From positions 1,798,001-1,862,000 of the forward strand of contig CAJINV010000008.1 in assembly GCA_905178155.1 (NCBI GenBank): 64,000 bases of DNA, given 5' to 3'. This DNA comes from Amoebophrya sp. A120. Taxonomy: Eukaryota; Protista; Dinoflagellata. Below the pieces are notes generated by a model. The model was not told the DNA's origin. It made no database searches and was given only the letters and a program-made list of their open reading frames with translations. The translations under genes were made by a program, and so were the position numbers. Shown here piece by piece: positions 12,317 to 25,314 of this stretch. The first letter of the stretch is position 1; each line of letters opens with the position of its first letter.

Positions 12317-15300
12317 TCAGTTGTGTGCTGGTACAGAGCCCGTACCGCACTGGTGCATCATCATCGTCCCACTATTCCCGGCGCCCCCCGCGCCGGCCGC
12401 TAGTATCAAAGAGAAAAATCCCCCCTCCCCATATCAAACAGGCACGTTTCCGAAAATTTGCGTTGCTGATTTGAAGTCACAAATAACGCTTGTCTTGCAA
12501 GAGGACAAGGGCAGAAGCTTCCGCCCCATTATGGAAGCGATTTGTCATGCTGTTGGGCCTAAAGGAAAGCCGTTTGCCATGCTGAACAACTAGACCCATA
12601 CGCCCCTATCCAGCCTGGGGATCTGGCCGCAGTGCCTCCTCGCAATACAAACCCGATTTGTGTACACAAATCCAGCATCAGAAATTCCGTTTTGATATGG
12701 GGAGGGGGGATTTTTCCTCTCAATAGCTAGCGACGAGGAGTTGCTGCTGCTGCTCATTCCCGGCGAACTGGTCTATCGTAAGGAAAAACGTCCCCACCCC
12801 AGAGTTGTCATGCAAATGTGCAATGACAGGAAAATTTGTGCTGCACAGCTCCATGAGGGGCATTTCCAATCAGGTTTTGGATTTTGTAATGCTGTAAACA
12901 GGATGAGAAAACGGCTTTCTCATGCGGCTTCCCTTGCCAGCCAGCACTACACCGCAGAGGCAAACTTGTCATGCACAGGTCGCAAAACTTGGAGATTTGT
13001 GTTGCTAGATTCCCAACTTGACTATGGGGTGGGGACGTTTTTGCTTCGGATATGGTCAGATTCGTTGTTACCGTGCGGAAGTAACCATGTGACTGCAGCT
13101 CGCTCATCGCTGGACGCTTGTGCGGATTGTACTGAAAGATTTGCTGCTGTTATCCAATAAAAGAAGCGGAGTGTATAGTCTGTGTTTGTGTTGGTTGAAC
13201 ACACAGAGGACTGTTACTTATTGACAATTGCCATTTTCATCTTGAGTGCACCTCGCTACGTCCAATAGGAGACTTCTGCACGAATCGCACCGCAACGCGC
13301 TCACTCTGCTCGCACTCTGTATCTTCACTGGCGCTGTCAGTGTAGGACTGTCGCAAACTTCTAACACCCTCTTTTTTCTTGAATAGCAGGAGATCATAAA
13401 GCAGCGGTAAATCCTCAGGAGCGACCGCAGGGGTATTCGGGCGCGCGTTGTGCAAGTGAAATCGTGAGTCAAGCTGATTGTAGTACTACTGGGTTGTAAC
13501 CGATTCTTGATTCGAATCTAAATCTACCAAGCAACAGAAATAAGGAAACAATTTTCTTTTGCGCATGACAAGTGCGCGTACCTGAGAAGATACCAACGCT
13601 AGCACACCCCACACTAAACCATGGAGCAATCGAAATGACTCACAAGACAAACAAAGTTGATGTCCTCAGCATGCAGAGCTTCAATAGACCCGATACCACA
13701 CTGTACTTGACCCGAATAGGAATCTGCCATGCATACGCGCTAAGCCATTCTTCCACCGGTTTCGCGACGAATTTTGGATACTCCGGTGAGAAATAGGGCA
13801 ACTGCGTCACACCGGTCCACTCGCAAAAGGCTGGAGAACCTGCGGCACGGTAAAAGTTGTATGGTTCAATCGAAGAACTTCGGCTTTCATCAGAATGAAT
13901 GCTGCTCGTTCAGAACGTTCCACCTCATGCATCGCTCTGCGTCGTGATCAGGGATGACCACGACCACGACGCGTCAAAGGCGACATTTCTACAGTGGAGC
14001 ATGCACCATGAACCTCAATACAGCCTCGTAGGTATGCTAGTAATACACTACGCGTGCAGCTATGGATGTAGCAATGAAAAATCGGAAAAAGTATCCTGTA
14101 CCGATGACACGGAAAATCTGGAAAATCGTGCCAATCTCACTGTCCCCCACGAACACCGGTGCCCCGTCGTTGGCGAGCTCCCCAAACACGCAGCCGAAGG
14201 ACCAGAGATCGATGCTGACCGTGTACTTTTTTTCGCCAAGCAAAATCTCGGGTGCACGGTACCACAGCGTCACCACCTCGTGCGTGTAGTTGCGGACCGG
14301 CGCCTGGGTCGTGTGCAAATTGATTTCTTATAAGACAGCGACTCATCACTTACTGATAGACCAAAATAACGGCTTGGAACAAGTAGAGCACGCACTTGAT
14401 AGCAGCATGATCCTAAGCCGCTGTACCGAAAAAGCGCGAGCAAGGCCGAAATCGGCGATCTTGACGTTCTGCATGTCCCAACTGATCAGGACGTTCTGCG
14501 GCTTGATGTCCCGATGAATGCGGCTATGGAAAGGAAATATCGCACAGTCTTAGACATATTATTCAGGAGAGACGTAATTGACGCCCATCTTCAGGTACCA
14601 AGATTTTTGGCGCCGCATATGTACATGGTTGGAGCTCTTCGACTACATCTGCGACGGCGGGTAACAAGGAAGGAATAAACGTAGTCATAGCATGATAATC
14701 TTTAAGACGCCGTCGATATCACGAGCTGAAGAGAATTATCACTCGAAGCAGTTGATAGATTCCCGATGCGTCCCGTAGCGAAAAACTCGTACGAAATTCC
14801 TCTCTGATACATGCGGTGCTTGTGGAGGTGCGCCAGCCCTATGCGTTGTAGTGGTTGTTCTTGCTTTGTTCTTGTTAGCGATCAGGGTAGCAAAACATAC
14901 TAGTACATAATCTAAAAAGTGCAGACATTGAGGGTGACTGATTTTCATGCCGCGAACACCTGCTTATCGCTTTCACTTTTTTTTCTCGGGTTGTAATAGA
15001 TACCGTCGAGCATCATTTTCCCAACTCGTTTCAGTGGTTCCCCGCACATTTTCGGCGCCGACTGACTCTTCATGAACTGCCTCAGGTCCGCATCCATGAA
15101 CTCAAAAACCAAGTGCAAAAAACCCCCGTTGCTTTTCACGTCGGAATGCACGTCCTTGAGCTTGATGATGTTCTCGTGGTTGGCAACCTCGTGCAGAAAA
15201 CACACCTCCCGCAGCGCTGTGGACGGGATTCCCTCGTCATCTTCTGACGAGAATGCAATACCTGACATCAAGAACGCATGGTGTTCTGCTTCTGTTTGTG

Positions 15301-15939
15301 CTACGACCCGTCGGAGAATAAACTTTCGTGATGCCCGAACATCATAGAAAAAATGTTTATGTTGTTGTGGAAGATATTGACACTCGTGCTGGGAATCACA
15401 TCAGAGCTCTGGAACTGTGTCTCTTGCGTAAGCATGCAAAAGAAATGTAAAAAAGTAAAAAAGCACGAGGCTGTAGATACGTTTCAGCGCGACGAATTCC
15501 TTTGTCTGCAAATCTTGTGCCTTGTACACGGTTCCGAAGGTGCCTTCGCCGAGCTTGTCGAGCCGCTGGTAGAAGCTTTCCAGCGCATCTATCCTGCGCA
15601 AAAACGTCCCCACCCCAGAGGTGTAATGCAAATCTGCTTGCCAAAAAAGTTTGCCATGCGGGGCGCCATGAGAGGCATTTTCTACTCGTGTTTTGAGATT
15701 TATGATGCTATAATCCGCATGATATACTAGATCTGTGCTGCTGCTGAACTACCTAAACAGGATCACACTACGAGGACAAACTTGTCATGCCAAACGAGCA
15801 AAGCTGGCTGATTTGTCTAGCAGATTTCCCATCTTGATTCTGCTGTGGGGACGTTTTTGCAAATGATAGCATCCGCCCCATAGTTTAGCGACAACTGGTC
15901 GCCCCCGCCCTCGAACAAGGTTCCCACCGCCCGCGCCAT
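12317..15939 (-). CDS. Cyclin-dependent kinase (cdc2-related), multi-exon
   Basis: [93 protein letters not shown]. The ATG at 15939 and stop at 12317 are obtained after removing three inserted elements. Confidence 0.92.
12404..12725. mobile_element. Introner-like TIR element, family D (322 bp); interior partly similar to family C
   Basis: About 35-bp TIR TAT....GAAAAATCCCCCCTCCCCATATCAAA. TSD GCTAG at 12399-12403 and 12726-12730. Removal gives SSSLA|AGAGG...HN*. Confidence 0.88.
12774..13052. mobile_element. Introner-like TIR element, family A (279 bp)
   Basis: TIR TATC......AAAAACGTCCCCACCCCA. TSD TGGTC at 12769-12773 and 13053-13057. Removal gives TTNLTS|SPGM. Opposite orientation to the copies at 18629 and 48418. 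Confidence 0.92.
15590..15868. mobile_element. Introner-like TIR element, family A (279 bp)
   Basis: TSD GCATC at 15585-15589 and 15869-15873. Removal gives MARAVG...NYGADA|[17 protein letters not shown]. Confidence 0.93.
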
Positions 15940-17081
15940 TCACGATCCTCTATTCTATTAGTGCATCATCAGGCAAGCCTGCTTTGGTTTGGCAAAAGCC
16001 TCGTCATTCTTGTTGCGGATCAGACTTTTGTTTTCTGTCATTTCGTTCTGATCTGACACTCAACTTCTGCCTCTCCAGCCGGCATTCTCCGAAGTAGAAC
16101 ACTCTTCGTGCACTCAGCCTCAGGCAGCCCCACCTGTTGCCCTCTTTGCACGAGCTCCAGTTTCAACGCAATTGCAAATAGCTTCATACTTATAAGGAAG
16201 CAGCTACTGAAGAACAATCAATGCCTACGCAGCATTGCCGAACAAGAAGAGATGAACGCGTGGTGGCCCTGCTACTTATAATGCGCGCTCACAAAGAGAA
16301 AGACGCATGCCGCGCAGTTTTCTCGGTGCCAAGCAGAGAGACAGGCGACAACGAGCTGTGCTTATGATTTCTCGCGAAACATATTTTTTGTCTGAATTCT
16401 AGATGTTCAAGATCCACGTCAAGAACTGACAGAGTTCTGTGGGCGGTTTTTATTGTCCTTTATTCTCTAGTGGGGACGATAGCTCTCGGTAACAAAGGGG
16501 CATTGGCGTGGGTTCGCCTGGATCGATTTGAGCGCACCGTGGACATTCCTTCCTCAGTAACAAGAACGAAGTTCACAAGGCATGTAGGAACTAAAAAAGG
16601 AGTTCCAGAGGGAGAATACACAGAGACGAAGCAAATGTGCAGTTCAGGTGAAGTCGGTGGAGAGTGGGAGCTGCTTGTGCTAGTGTAAAAAAGCCGTGGT
16701 AAAAACTAAAACTTTGCATTGCCGTATATTCCGCTGATAACCCTATTGCCAACAAAGCTCGACACTCGTGATGCAGGTGTCTTAGTCTTGATCGACTCGT
16801 AAATTCGAAACTAGATAGACGAAATGTCTTTTACTGAGAGAAAAAAGAATTGCAGACTGATGCCATTACACCGGTTCTGCAGCTGGGATGAGACTGCAAT
16901 TCCTTTTCCGAGAAGAGTGAGGCCGTAGAAAGCGAAGCAGACACGACTGCACCTAGGCAAAAAGAGGACTACAAGAACAGCACCAGTAGCTGCCCCGCAC
17001 GCGCGGAACAATGAATCCGAAGGCCTTCTAAGAAGCACAATAGCGGAACGAAATCGACGAAAACGATCGATCGCACGATTT

Positions 17082-20000
17082 TTACAGCCCCCCGCTGTTG
17101 GAGTACCGCGAGTTGTCGACCTTTCTCTCGTCGTCCGGGTGCAGCTCCGCGTTTGGCTCCTGCACCAAGTGGTCCGGCATGGGGGCCGGCGGCAGTTCGA
17201 ACCGCACCGCCGCAAACTGGTCCTGCTTCGGCACCTTTGCGTCCCAGGCCTTCTTGACGGTGTACTTCTCGCGCTCGTACTTGACCGCCATTTTCCCGAA
17301 CTGGAACACGCGGGAAAACTCGGCGAACAGACTCTTCTTCGTCTGATGCTGCTTGCGCCTCTTCTTCTTTTCCCGCCGCTCCTTCGCCCGCTGCTCCGCG
17401 TCCGAGTTCCGGAGGTCGGCAATCACCTCCTTGCCCGGCTCCGGCCGCCCGCTCTGGTTCACGATCTCCTTCTGCCCCGGCGGCCGCGGCCGGTTCTGCC
17501 GCGGCATGAACATGAGCTTGCCGCCGTCAAACGTGTGTATCTCCCGCATCTCCCGCCGCAAAGGGTCCTCCTCGATCGGCGTAATCTTGTTTCCATAGTC
17601 CCGGTTGCCGTCCTTGTACGTGAAAAAAGTCTCGTGCTCCTCGACCATCGCGCGCGACGGCAGCGCGAACCTGTCATTTTGTACAAGGTTTAAATTTAAT
17701 ATGCTGGCGAAATTGATCATACTGTGAGTGTGACGGCTTTCTATTATTTTTCCAACTTCATGTAACAAGAAGTTGCTTGGTAAAGCTGCACGGTGCTCTT
17801 GCGGATCGCGAATGCCACACGGACTAATGATGGGGAATAGAAGCGCACCACTCCTGCGGATTTGAGAGCAGTTCGCCGAATTGTCATTAAATGATACTAG
17901 CAGTAAACTGAAGTGGATGAGGAGCGTCCTTCTGGTGGTGGTGTGAACAAGTAAGTACTATTAAAAGCCCGCTATCATGTTTGTTTGCAATTCGAAACTA
18001 GGGAGGAACAGAGCCGCAAAAACAAAAAATTAATCAGAAAACCTGGCCAAGTCGCTGGGGTCCACGGTTGGTCGGGGGTTCCAGAACCTCGGGCGGAATT
18101 CCAGGTCGAAGCGTATTCTGCCCTGCTGGCTCATGCGCAGCGGGCGGTCGAACTCGAACACGCCCGGCTGCCACAAAGACTCGCGCAGGGTGCGGAAACT
18201 TAAAAAGATGACGCCGAGCGGGATGTGCCGCTTAGGCACGGCCGGCATGGCCACGTTCTGGTAGCCCCGCTTGCGCATGACCTCGTGAAAGTTCTTCAGA
18301 CTGAGCCACACGGAGTCTTCCATGGTGCGGACCGGAATCGGCTTCGCGAAATCCGCCTTGAACATGGCCCGGTCGGCCTCCAGTTGCGAGGAGAAGGCCT
18401 GCAAGTAGTCCTCCGTTTCCTCCGTCGCGGCTGGCCCGCCGGCGCCGCCGATCCCGCCGGCCGCACTGCTGGCGTTCAACGGATTCGAAGCGCCGCGCGG
18501 CCCGTTTTCGTCCTCCACCTCGATACCGCCCACGTCCACGGCCGCAGCCGTGTCGATCCCGATCTCCTTCTCCGCCGGCCGCATGGCCTCCTTCATGTGG
18601 TCCAGCTGCGAAGTGTCCTGGGTGCCCATATCCTGAGTTAATCCGTACCCACACCAGAGTCAGGATGGGGATTTTGCAACACAAGCCTAGGAGTTTTGTG
18701 AGTCATGCATGACAAGTTGCACTCTGCAGTGTAGTGCAGATTAGCAAGTGCAGCCGCGTCACAGATTCGCCTGCTCATCCTGTTCACAGCATCACAAATT
18801 CCAAAACACGATTGGAAACGGCTCTCATGGGGATGCGCGTTACAAGTCTTCCTGTCTTTGCAAGTCTGCATTACAACTCTGGTGTGGGGACGTTTTTACT
18901 CAGGATAGCCCAGAAAGTGGATACTCAGAAAGGAAAACTGGGTCAGCTTCTTCAACTGAAACGAAAACGTCTCGTTCCACACCGGATTCGGGTTCCCCAG
19001 ACAACAACTACTCGATGGGTCCATAGGAAAAGTCGTTACCGGCTCAAGTCAGATGACTATGACATATTATACGTGTTTATAGTTGATTTCGTTCTAACTT
19101 CTTGTATCGATTTTTTCCGTGTCATAAGAAACCACATGCAGATCCCATGTTGATATCAATACCTGAAAGGTGACTTGACTTCTAGAGAACTAACTTTTTC
19201 CAAAGGATATATGCAGATCTCGCTGTTTTCGTCAGGGTTGGCGGCAAACTGCAAGTAGGCGTTATGAAATGCAAAAGTGTCTGGGTCTGGAAGAATGCAA
19301 CTTGTCATGCTGATTTTGGATTCTAAAAAAATCTGTATTGCATGAGCAGCAGAGAGGTTCCAAGTTTTGCTACACGGAGAGAGCATTTGTCATGCGGTAT
19401 AGGCATCAGGAAGCCCTCACAAAATCAGTGATGCTAGGGCATGCATCACAGACATCAGGAGTCATGCAAAATGTGCATGACAAACCTGGCAATCTTCCAG
19501 ACCCAGACATTTTTACATTTGATAGGCGTAAGTGTTCAACGATGCGCTGTCCACCCCGGGGCACGCAAGATGCCTTCCATGCAGCAGAGACAGGATGATG
19601 CTACCTGAAGTGGGATTGAGTTTTCTTTTGCGAACGATCGTTTCTTGACCTGGATCAAGTTCTCCTATCTATGTATGGTTGTACTCGCGTCAATCACTGG
19701 CGAAGGAAAACGACATCGGCAAAGAGAAGATCCATTCGTCAGTGGACGCTACGGATACTTCCTTCGCTGCTGCGAACAAAGCAAAGAAAAGCCTCTCAAG
19801 AAAAGCACGACAGTGGTGCAGGGCCAGAGAAGCAAGTAAGTAGAGAAATACCGTCTGCATCGACGCCATTCAGCAGTTGTTTCGACGTGAGTCCGCGGGT
19901 CAGATCATGATCCCGCATTCCGTCGCAGATAATGTCGACCAGCGCTCGAAAGTTTCCGTCCTCCACGTCCATTTCGATCAATTGCGCGTGCGCCCCCTCT

Positions 20001-23000
20001 CGCGCCAGGTCGTAGGCTGTCTGCCCCGAAGCCGTCTTCCGGTTTAGGTCTGCCCCCATGTCGATTAGCAGCTGTGCCGCGTCGTTGCAACCCACCCGGT
20101 ATGAAAGCGAAAGGAAGTTTCTGTCAAGGTTGGAAGTTCGACGAGCGCACTCGGCTTGCTGGTCGTCGGGCCTCTCATTGCTCAAAAGACACGGCGTTAC
20201 CGGTAAATTGTGTTTTGCTTTTGGAATTGGATTTCACACAATTCACTGTAAGTACACAATCACATGTTTTTGCCTTCTGCATCTTCGAAACATGCCAAAA
20301 AGACTCCATTGTCGTGCCGAACTCCCTAGACTGACATCATCAAATCCTCCTTCAATCCCATACGTGCGTCGCCAGGTGCATGGGCGTCCACCCTGCGGCG
20401 TCCACTTCGTTCAGGTTTGCCTTGCAGTCCAGCAACGTGGCCACGCAGGCCGTTTCTCCCTCGTGGCAGGCCCAGTGCAGCGCCGTGTACTCATCCTTGT
20501 CCTTCATGTTCAAACTAGCGCCCGCGAGCACCAGTCCCGGGATCAACGACCAGTTTCCGTCGCGCGCCGCGATCATCGCAGCCGTGGTCCCGTCGTTGGT
20601 TTGCGCGTTCACGTCGATCGATTCGAAGGCCAGGTGCTTGTTGGGCGTGCCAAATATCAAATGCAAAAATGTCTGGGTCTGGAAGAGTGCAAACTTGTCA
20701 TGCACATTTTCGATGCCCCATGAGGTCTGCAATGCAGGACCTAGCATGACAGGTTCTGCGAAGACTCTATGATGTCTATCCTGCATGACAAACTGCCGCT
20801 AAACTTGTTTAAACGTGGACAGCTTTTGGTAATCACGCAACACAATTTTTTGTACTATCCAGACTTAGCATGACAAGTTCCATCCTTCCAGACCCAGACA
20901 TTTTTGCAATGCATACCAAACAGGCTGGTGCAATCCTTGTTGACTAAAAGCAGGTTCACCAAATCCAAGTTTCGTCCGGAGCAGGCGTGGTGCAGCATGT
21001 TCTTCCCATTGCGGTCGACCGCACTCGCGTCGGCAACCACTCGGGTATCAAGGTGGAAATGCTTTTCGTTCTCTTCTCCCCGGACGGGTTCGTTCTTGTC
21101 CGATAACATGCATGACTTTGCGGCATTACGGTTATTGATTAAGTATTCTTTCACTTTTTTCCTGTTGTAGTGCAGCTGCATGTTGTCAGTCAAGGACATA
21201 TAAGAAGCTGCAACGCTTGCTTGTGCAGCCGCGTGTTGCAAAAAACCGGCGCGTGCTGGCTGCGACCACCAAATAGCAGATGAAAATGATATGCATAATC
21301 GACTTAACATTCACCCCCTCCTGCGGAGAAACAACACCATCAGTTTTCAACATTGCATACGGGTTGCGGCGATCGAGCAGTAGCAGTACGCAGTTCATGT
21401 TGCCGCGGCTGCAGGCAAGCAGCAGTGGCGTTTCTTCCTGCACGTTGCGGAAATCGACGGTCATTTCCGACAACCGCCGGGCAGCGTCCGAAGACTGGCC
21501 CAGCGCCGCTTCCTCGCGCTCCTTCAGCTGCCGCTCCAGCTCCAGCTCGGCCTTACTCTTGCGCATCCGCCGCTCGTTCTTCTTGCGCACAAAGTCGTGG
21601 AACTTCACCGTCTTGATGGGCTCTACCTTCGTCCCGTAGGCCGACCGCAGCTCCGCCTGCGCGGTGGCCCGCTGCTCCTCCAGCATCTTCTTCCGGGCCG
21701 CCACCTCCTCATCCGCCTCCTCGATCACGTAGGCCACCGAGTCCGTGAAGATGAACTCCAGCAGGTGCCGCAAGATCTGCCCGTTTCCCTCCTGGCAGGC
21801 CAGGTGCAGCGACGTGTTGTCGTTGCAGTCACCCTGCGTCACGTTCGGCAAAATCCGGGTCAGCAGCTCCACCTCCGCGAAACTACCCATCGTCACGGCG
21901 TGGCGCCTATCCCCTGCAAAAGTAACGCACAATTCGTGAAAATTCATATTCAAATTTTTGCAATACAAGTTATCATACTGCATGGCATATACAAGTTGCA
22001 ACTATTCCAGATCCAGCATGATCGAACTGCACCATCAGAATTACTGCACGAGTGCGGGACTTTTGCAAAAATGCGTAGTGCAGCGCGCACATGCCCTGCG
22101 GGTCCTTCCATCCCGTGACGTTTTTAATCTCGTCGCCGAAACCCAGCAGCACCTCGCCGAGCTCCTTGAGCAGCTGCGTCTGCACGGCGTAAATGAAGAT
22201 GTTCCATCCCCGCCCGTCCACCACATCCAGCTCGGGATGCTCCTCCAAAATCTGCCGCACGATCTTCCCGTTCCTGGTGTCCATCGCAAACATCAGGGGT
22301 GACCGCCCCTGCGGGTATCCCAGAAAAAAACTGCATCGGCACTACGACCTCAGCTTGTGTTACATACTGTTGCGGGAGGAAAATGCGAAAATCAAACGGA
22401 GGAGAAGAACCTTCATCAGGCACATGAAGCTTCATCTCCTCATTTGGAATTTTCGTACATCATGATCAGCATCTTAGTCCCGCTTCCGCCCGATCGATGC
22501 AAAGTCTGGTGGTGCAAGTGCGTTAGCATTCGCTGAAGATGCTACAACAATGCAAAGACAGGAGGGCGCTTGATGTAGCAGTGATACAGCTTTTTCGTCT
22601 CATAGCGAGTCGTACACGTTTACAGACGCGCTCATCCGAATCAGCATGTTAGCCATTTGCTCGTGCCCTGGAGTTGTCCAAGTGAAATCTTGAAGCAGAT
22701 GAGAACTTCGCTTCCAACGAGCATGCAGGACGACCGAAAAAAGAAAAACCTAGAAACGTTACGTTTCCTACTGTGGACCTCCCCACACATCATATGCAAG
22801 TCCAGACATTCCGTTTGCAAATGTAAATCTCCAACGAGTGTCGAAATTTTGCCCTTCCCGTCTGCCTCAAGATTTCACACACGTACAGTCGACGACCACG
22901 TGAAGCGGAAAGGTGAAAAAGGCGTCGTGCACCTCCACCTTCGCCCCGGCGCACAGCAGCATCGCCAGCGACTGCGTTTGTCCGTTCTTGCAGGCGGCAA

Positions 23001-24850
23001 ACAGCGCGGTCTGCCCCACGTTGTCTTTCCGGTCGATCTGCGCGCGCAGGGCGATCAGGCGACTGATGATGTTCAGATAGCCGTCCGAGCAGCAGTACAT
23101 CAGCGCGGTGCGGCCCTTGCGATCGCACAGATTCGGGTCCAGCTTGTTCATGCCGCGACCCTCCAGCGACCGCACCAGGATAAGCTCCACCCGGTGCTGC
23201 GAGTACTCCCAGTACCGGTTCACCGACTCGTTGTATCATTCGGCAAAGGTGTGCCCCTACGACTCCAGGGTGGGATTTTGGGGTCACTCGAATTCATCTC
23301 GAAGAAGGTGCAGTTCTCCTGCTCATTCCCATGTATACAAGACAGAAAGTTCTTCGTTTTTTATTTTTTGGGTGAATCGTCGATGAAGAAAGAACTTTGC
23401 ACTATACAAACACTTCGCTTTCCGCTGGGAGTTGTAATGCACAGTTCACCTTGATACGTTGGCTTTCTGCTTCTCCTCCTGGTAGTCTAGCTTGCGGCGG
23501 ACCAGCTCGAAAGGCGAAATGCCCTGGCGCTTCTCCCAGAAGGTCAGCACCCGCGGCCGCTCGTACTCCTCGTACACTTCGTACCCGTGGCGAAGCTTAC
23601 ACAGCACATCCAGCGTCTTCACCGGATCAATCTTCGGCCCGTACGTTTGCAGTAGGCGATTCTGCACCTCGTAGTCACGTATGCATTGCAAAAACTTCGG
23701 AGCCACATGGAACAAATGTCATATATATTTATGCCTTTCGCAGTATCACAAACAGGATACTGCAACTGCCGAGAAGGGAAAACGCAGTAACTGTCGCGCA
23801 CCTGAAGGTGAAGGTTGCGGCGTAGCAAATTCTATTCTATTCATCATGCATCCGCGACCGAATAAGTTTGCAGAGCATAACAAAGTATCGCGCCTTCGCG
23901 CGCTCTCGTGCGGTACGGTCCGCCCGCGTCATGAAATCGTCTCGATATAGACGAAATGAGGAAGCGATTAGCATGAGTGGCGTGTCATCAAATTCGAAAA
24001 TTCGTTAGACGAGCCAGGGACAGTGTGTGAGACATCGACCTACCAAGATTCATTATCTTCGCCTTCCCAGGTTCGGGATTCAACTTTATCAAGAAAAGTA
24101 AGTGCTGTCTACCTTTTCTGGCCAGCCTAACCAACTCATTCAAATGGATACGTCACTCCCATGTTATCGCGCGGATTCGTTGCCGCATTTTTCTCGATCA
24201 AAATCTCCACCACACGCGTATGCCCGCAGAAAACTGCCACGTGCATCGGAACCCACCCGAAAGATGTCTTGTGGTAGGTCTTCGCACCTGGAAATGGTAG
24301 GAAAAAACTTTTCGCGTCGACCAAAAAGCATGCTCGATCGAGAGAAGGACAAACGTTCCGCTTCTGCTTAGTGCAGTTTCAGTCGTAGCGCTCCTTTGGC
24401 TTTCAAAATCTGGAATACAGATATTCCCTTGCGTGCCAAATCAGGAATTTACATCCACTTCGACAATAAGAAAGCAACAAACGCCCACCTCCTCTGCGAA
24501 ATTCAAACAGTTGCACCTGACTGCAGCAGCAGACCGACGGTGAGCGGATTTCCTAGTTCGCAGCATATGTACAGCGCTGTCTTGCCTTCTGGGTTGATCA
24601 GCTCGATACTCACACGCGTGTTCCGCAGACAGTGCACCACTTTGTAGTAGCTATTGGTGGCCGCCGCTTCGTGCAAGGGGTAATCAGGCCGGGGCTCCCC
24701 CTCGTCGTCTTTCGGCTTACTGTCGTCGTGATCTAGATCCTTCACCAGTGCCTCGTCGTCTTCGTCTTGCGGTGTGAGATTGAAAAGTTGGGCTACGAAA
24801 CGATGACGAATGCAAGAACGATTCTCTGCTTGTAGGTGGTTGAAATGCAA
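17082..24850 (-). CDS. Large ankyrin-repeat protein with C-terminal C2 domain, about 15+ exons (5' end approximate)
   Basis: Many ankyrin repeats (GKTALYIC, GWVPMHVAV, GRTALMYC, GQTALFAAC, NTSLHLAC, ETPLLLAC, YTALHWAC, GWTPMHLA). C2 motifs GSIILSLLHGRHL...NTYAYLQF and GNPNPVWNETFSF are read in frame once elements 19263 and 18629 are removed. Confidence 0.82.
18629..18907. mobile_element. Introner-like TIR element, family A (279 bp)
   Basis: 32-bp TIR. TSD GCCCA at 18624-18628 and 18908-18912. Removal gives WNETFSFQLKKLTQFSFLSIHFLG|TQDTSQ. Highly similar to the 48418 copy. Confidence 0.94.
19263..19524. mobile_element. Introner-like TIR element, family B (262 bp)
   Basis: TIR TATGAAATGCAAAAGTGTCTGGGTCTGGAAGA. 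TSD GGCGT at 19258-19262 and 19525-19529. Removal gives SLNTYA|YLQFAAN. Opposite orientation to the other B copies. Confidence 0.93.
20655..20915. mobile_element. Introner-like TIR element, family B (261 bp)
   Basis: TSD CCAAA at 20650-20654 and 20916-20920. Removal gives DCTSLFG|TPNKHLAFESIDVNAQTNDG. Confidence 0.93.
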
Positions 24851-25314
24851 TCTGCTTTTTTCTATACTCGGTCAGGTCATCTCCGTCTCACTTTGCAAAA
24901 CAAACCACTCCATCCTGATCTTAGCACTTTCTTTCACGCATAGACGCCAAAGACCAGGGCCTGCTGTTACTGCGTTAATTGGTTTACGTGCAGAGAAAAA
25001 ACTCATGGTCTCAACTAGTAGCCCAAGAAAAAGTGCAAGCCGTAGCTTCTTCTTCTGCGTCGAACCCGGCAAGCTCCGCTATGCAAGAGAAAACCGCAAA
25101 ACGAGGGCAATAATTTCGCAGAAAAATTCTTTTTAGATATTAACTTGCTAACAAACACAATGAAAATTTGCAACGAACTGCAGCAATAGAAGTATCTATA
25201 ACTCCTATTGCTGAGCTGCGCGAGTTAAAACTTTGCGACGGGGAGGAAAATCGCCCACGCCGGAAATTTTTTGACAATTTTGAAACTTTCCAAAGCTGTC
25301 GCGATTTGCGAAAT

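Noticed and set aside
14520-14812. Non-canonical acceptor in the CDK intron before IHRD
   Set aside because: A canonical GT-AG reading is also in frame (one extra residue), so it cannot be decided without cDNA.
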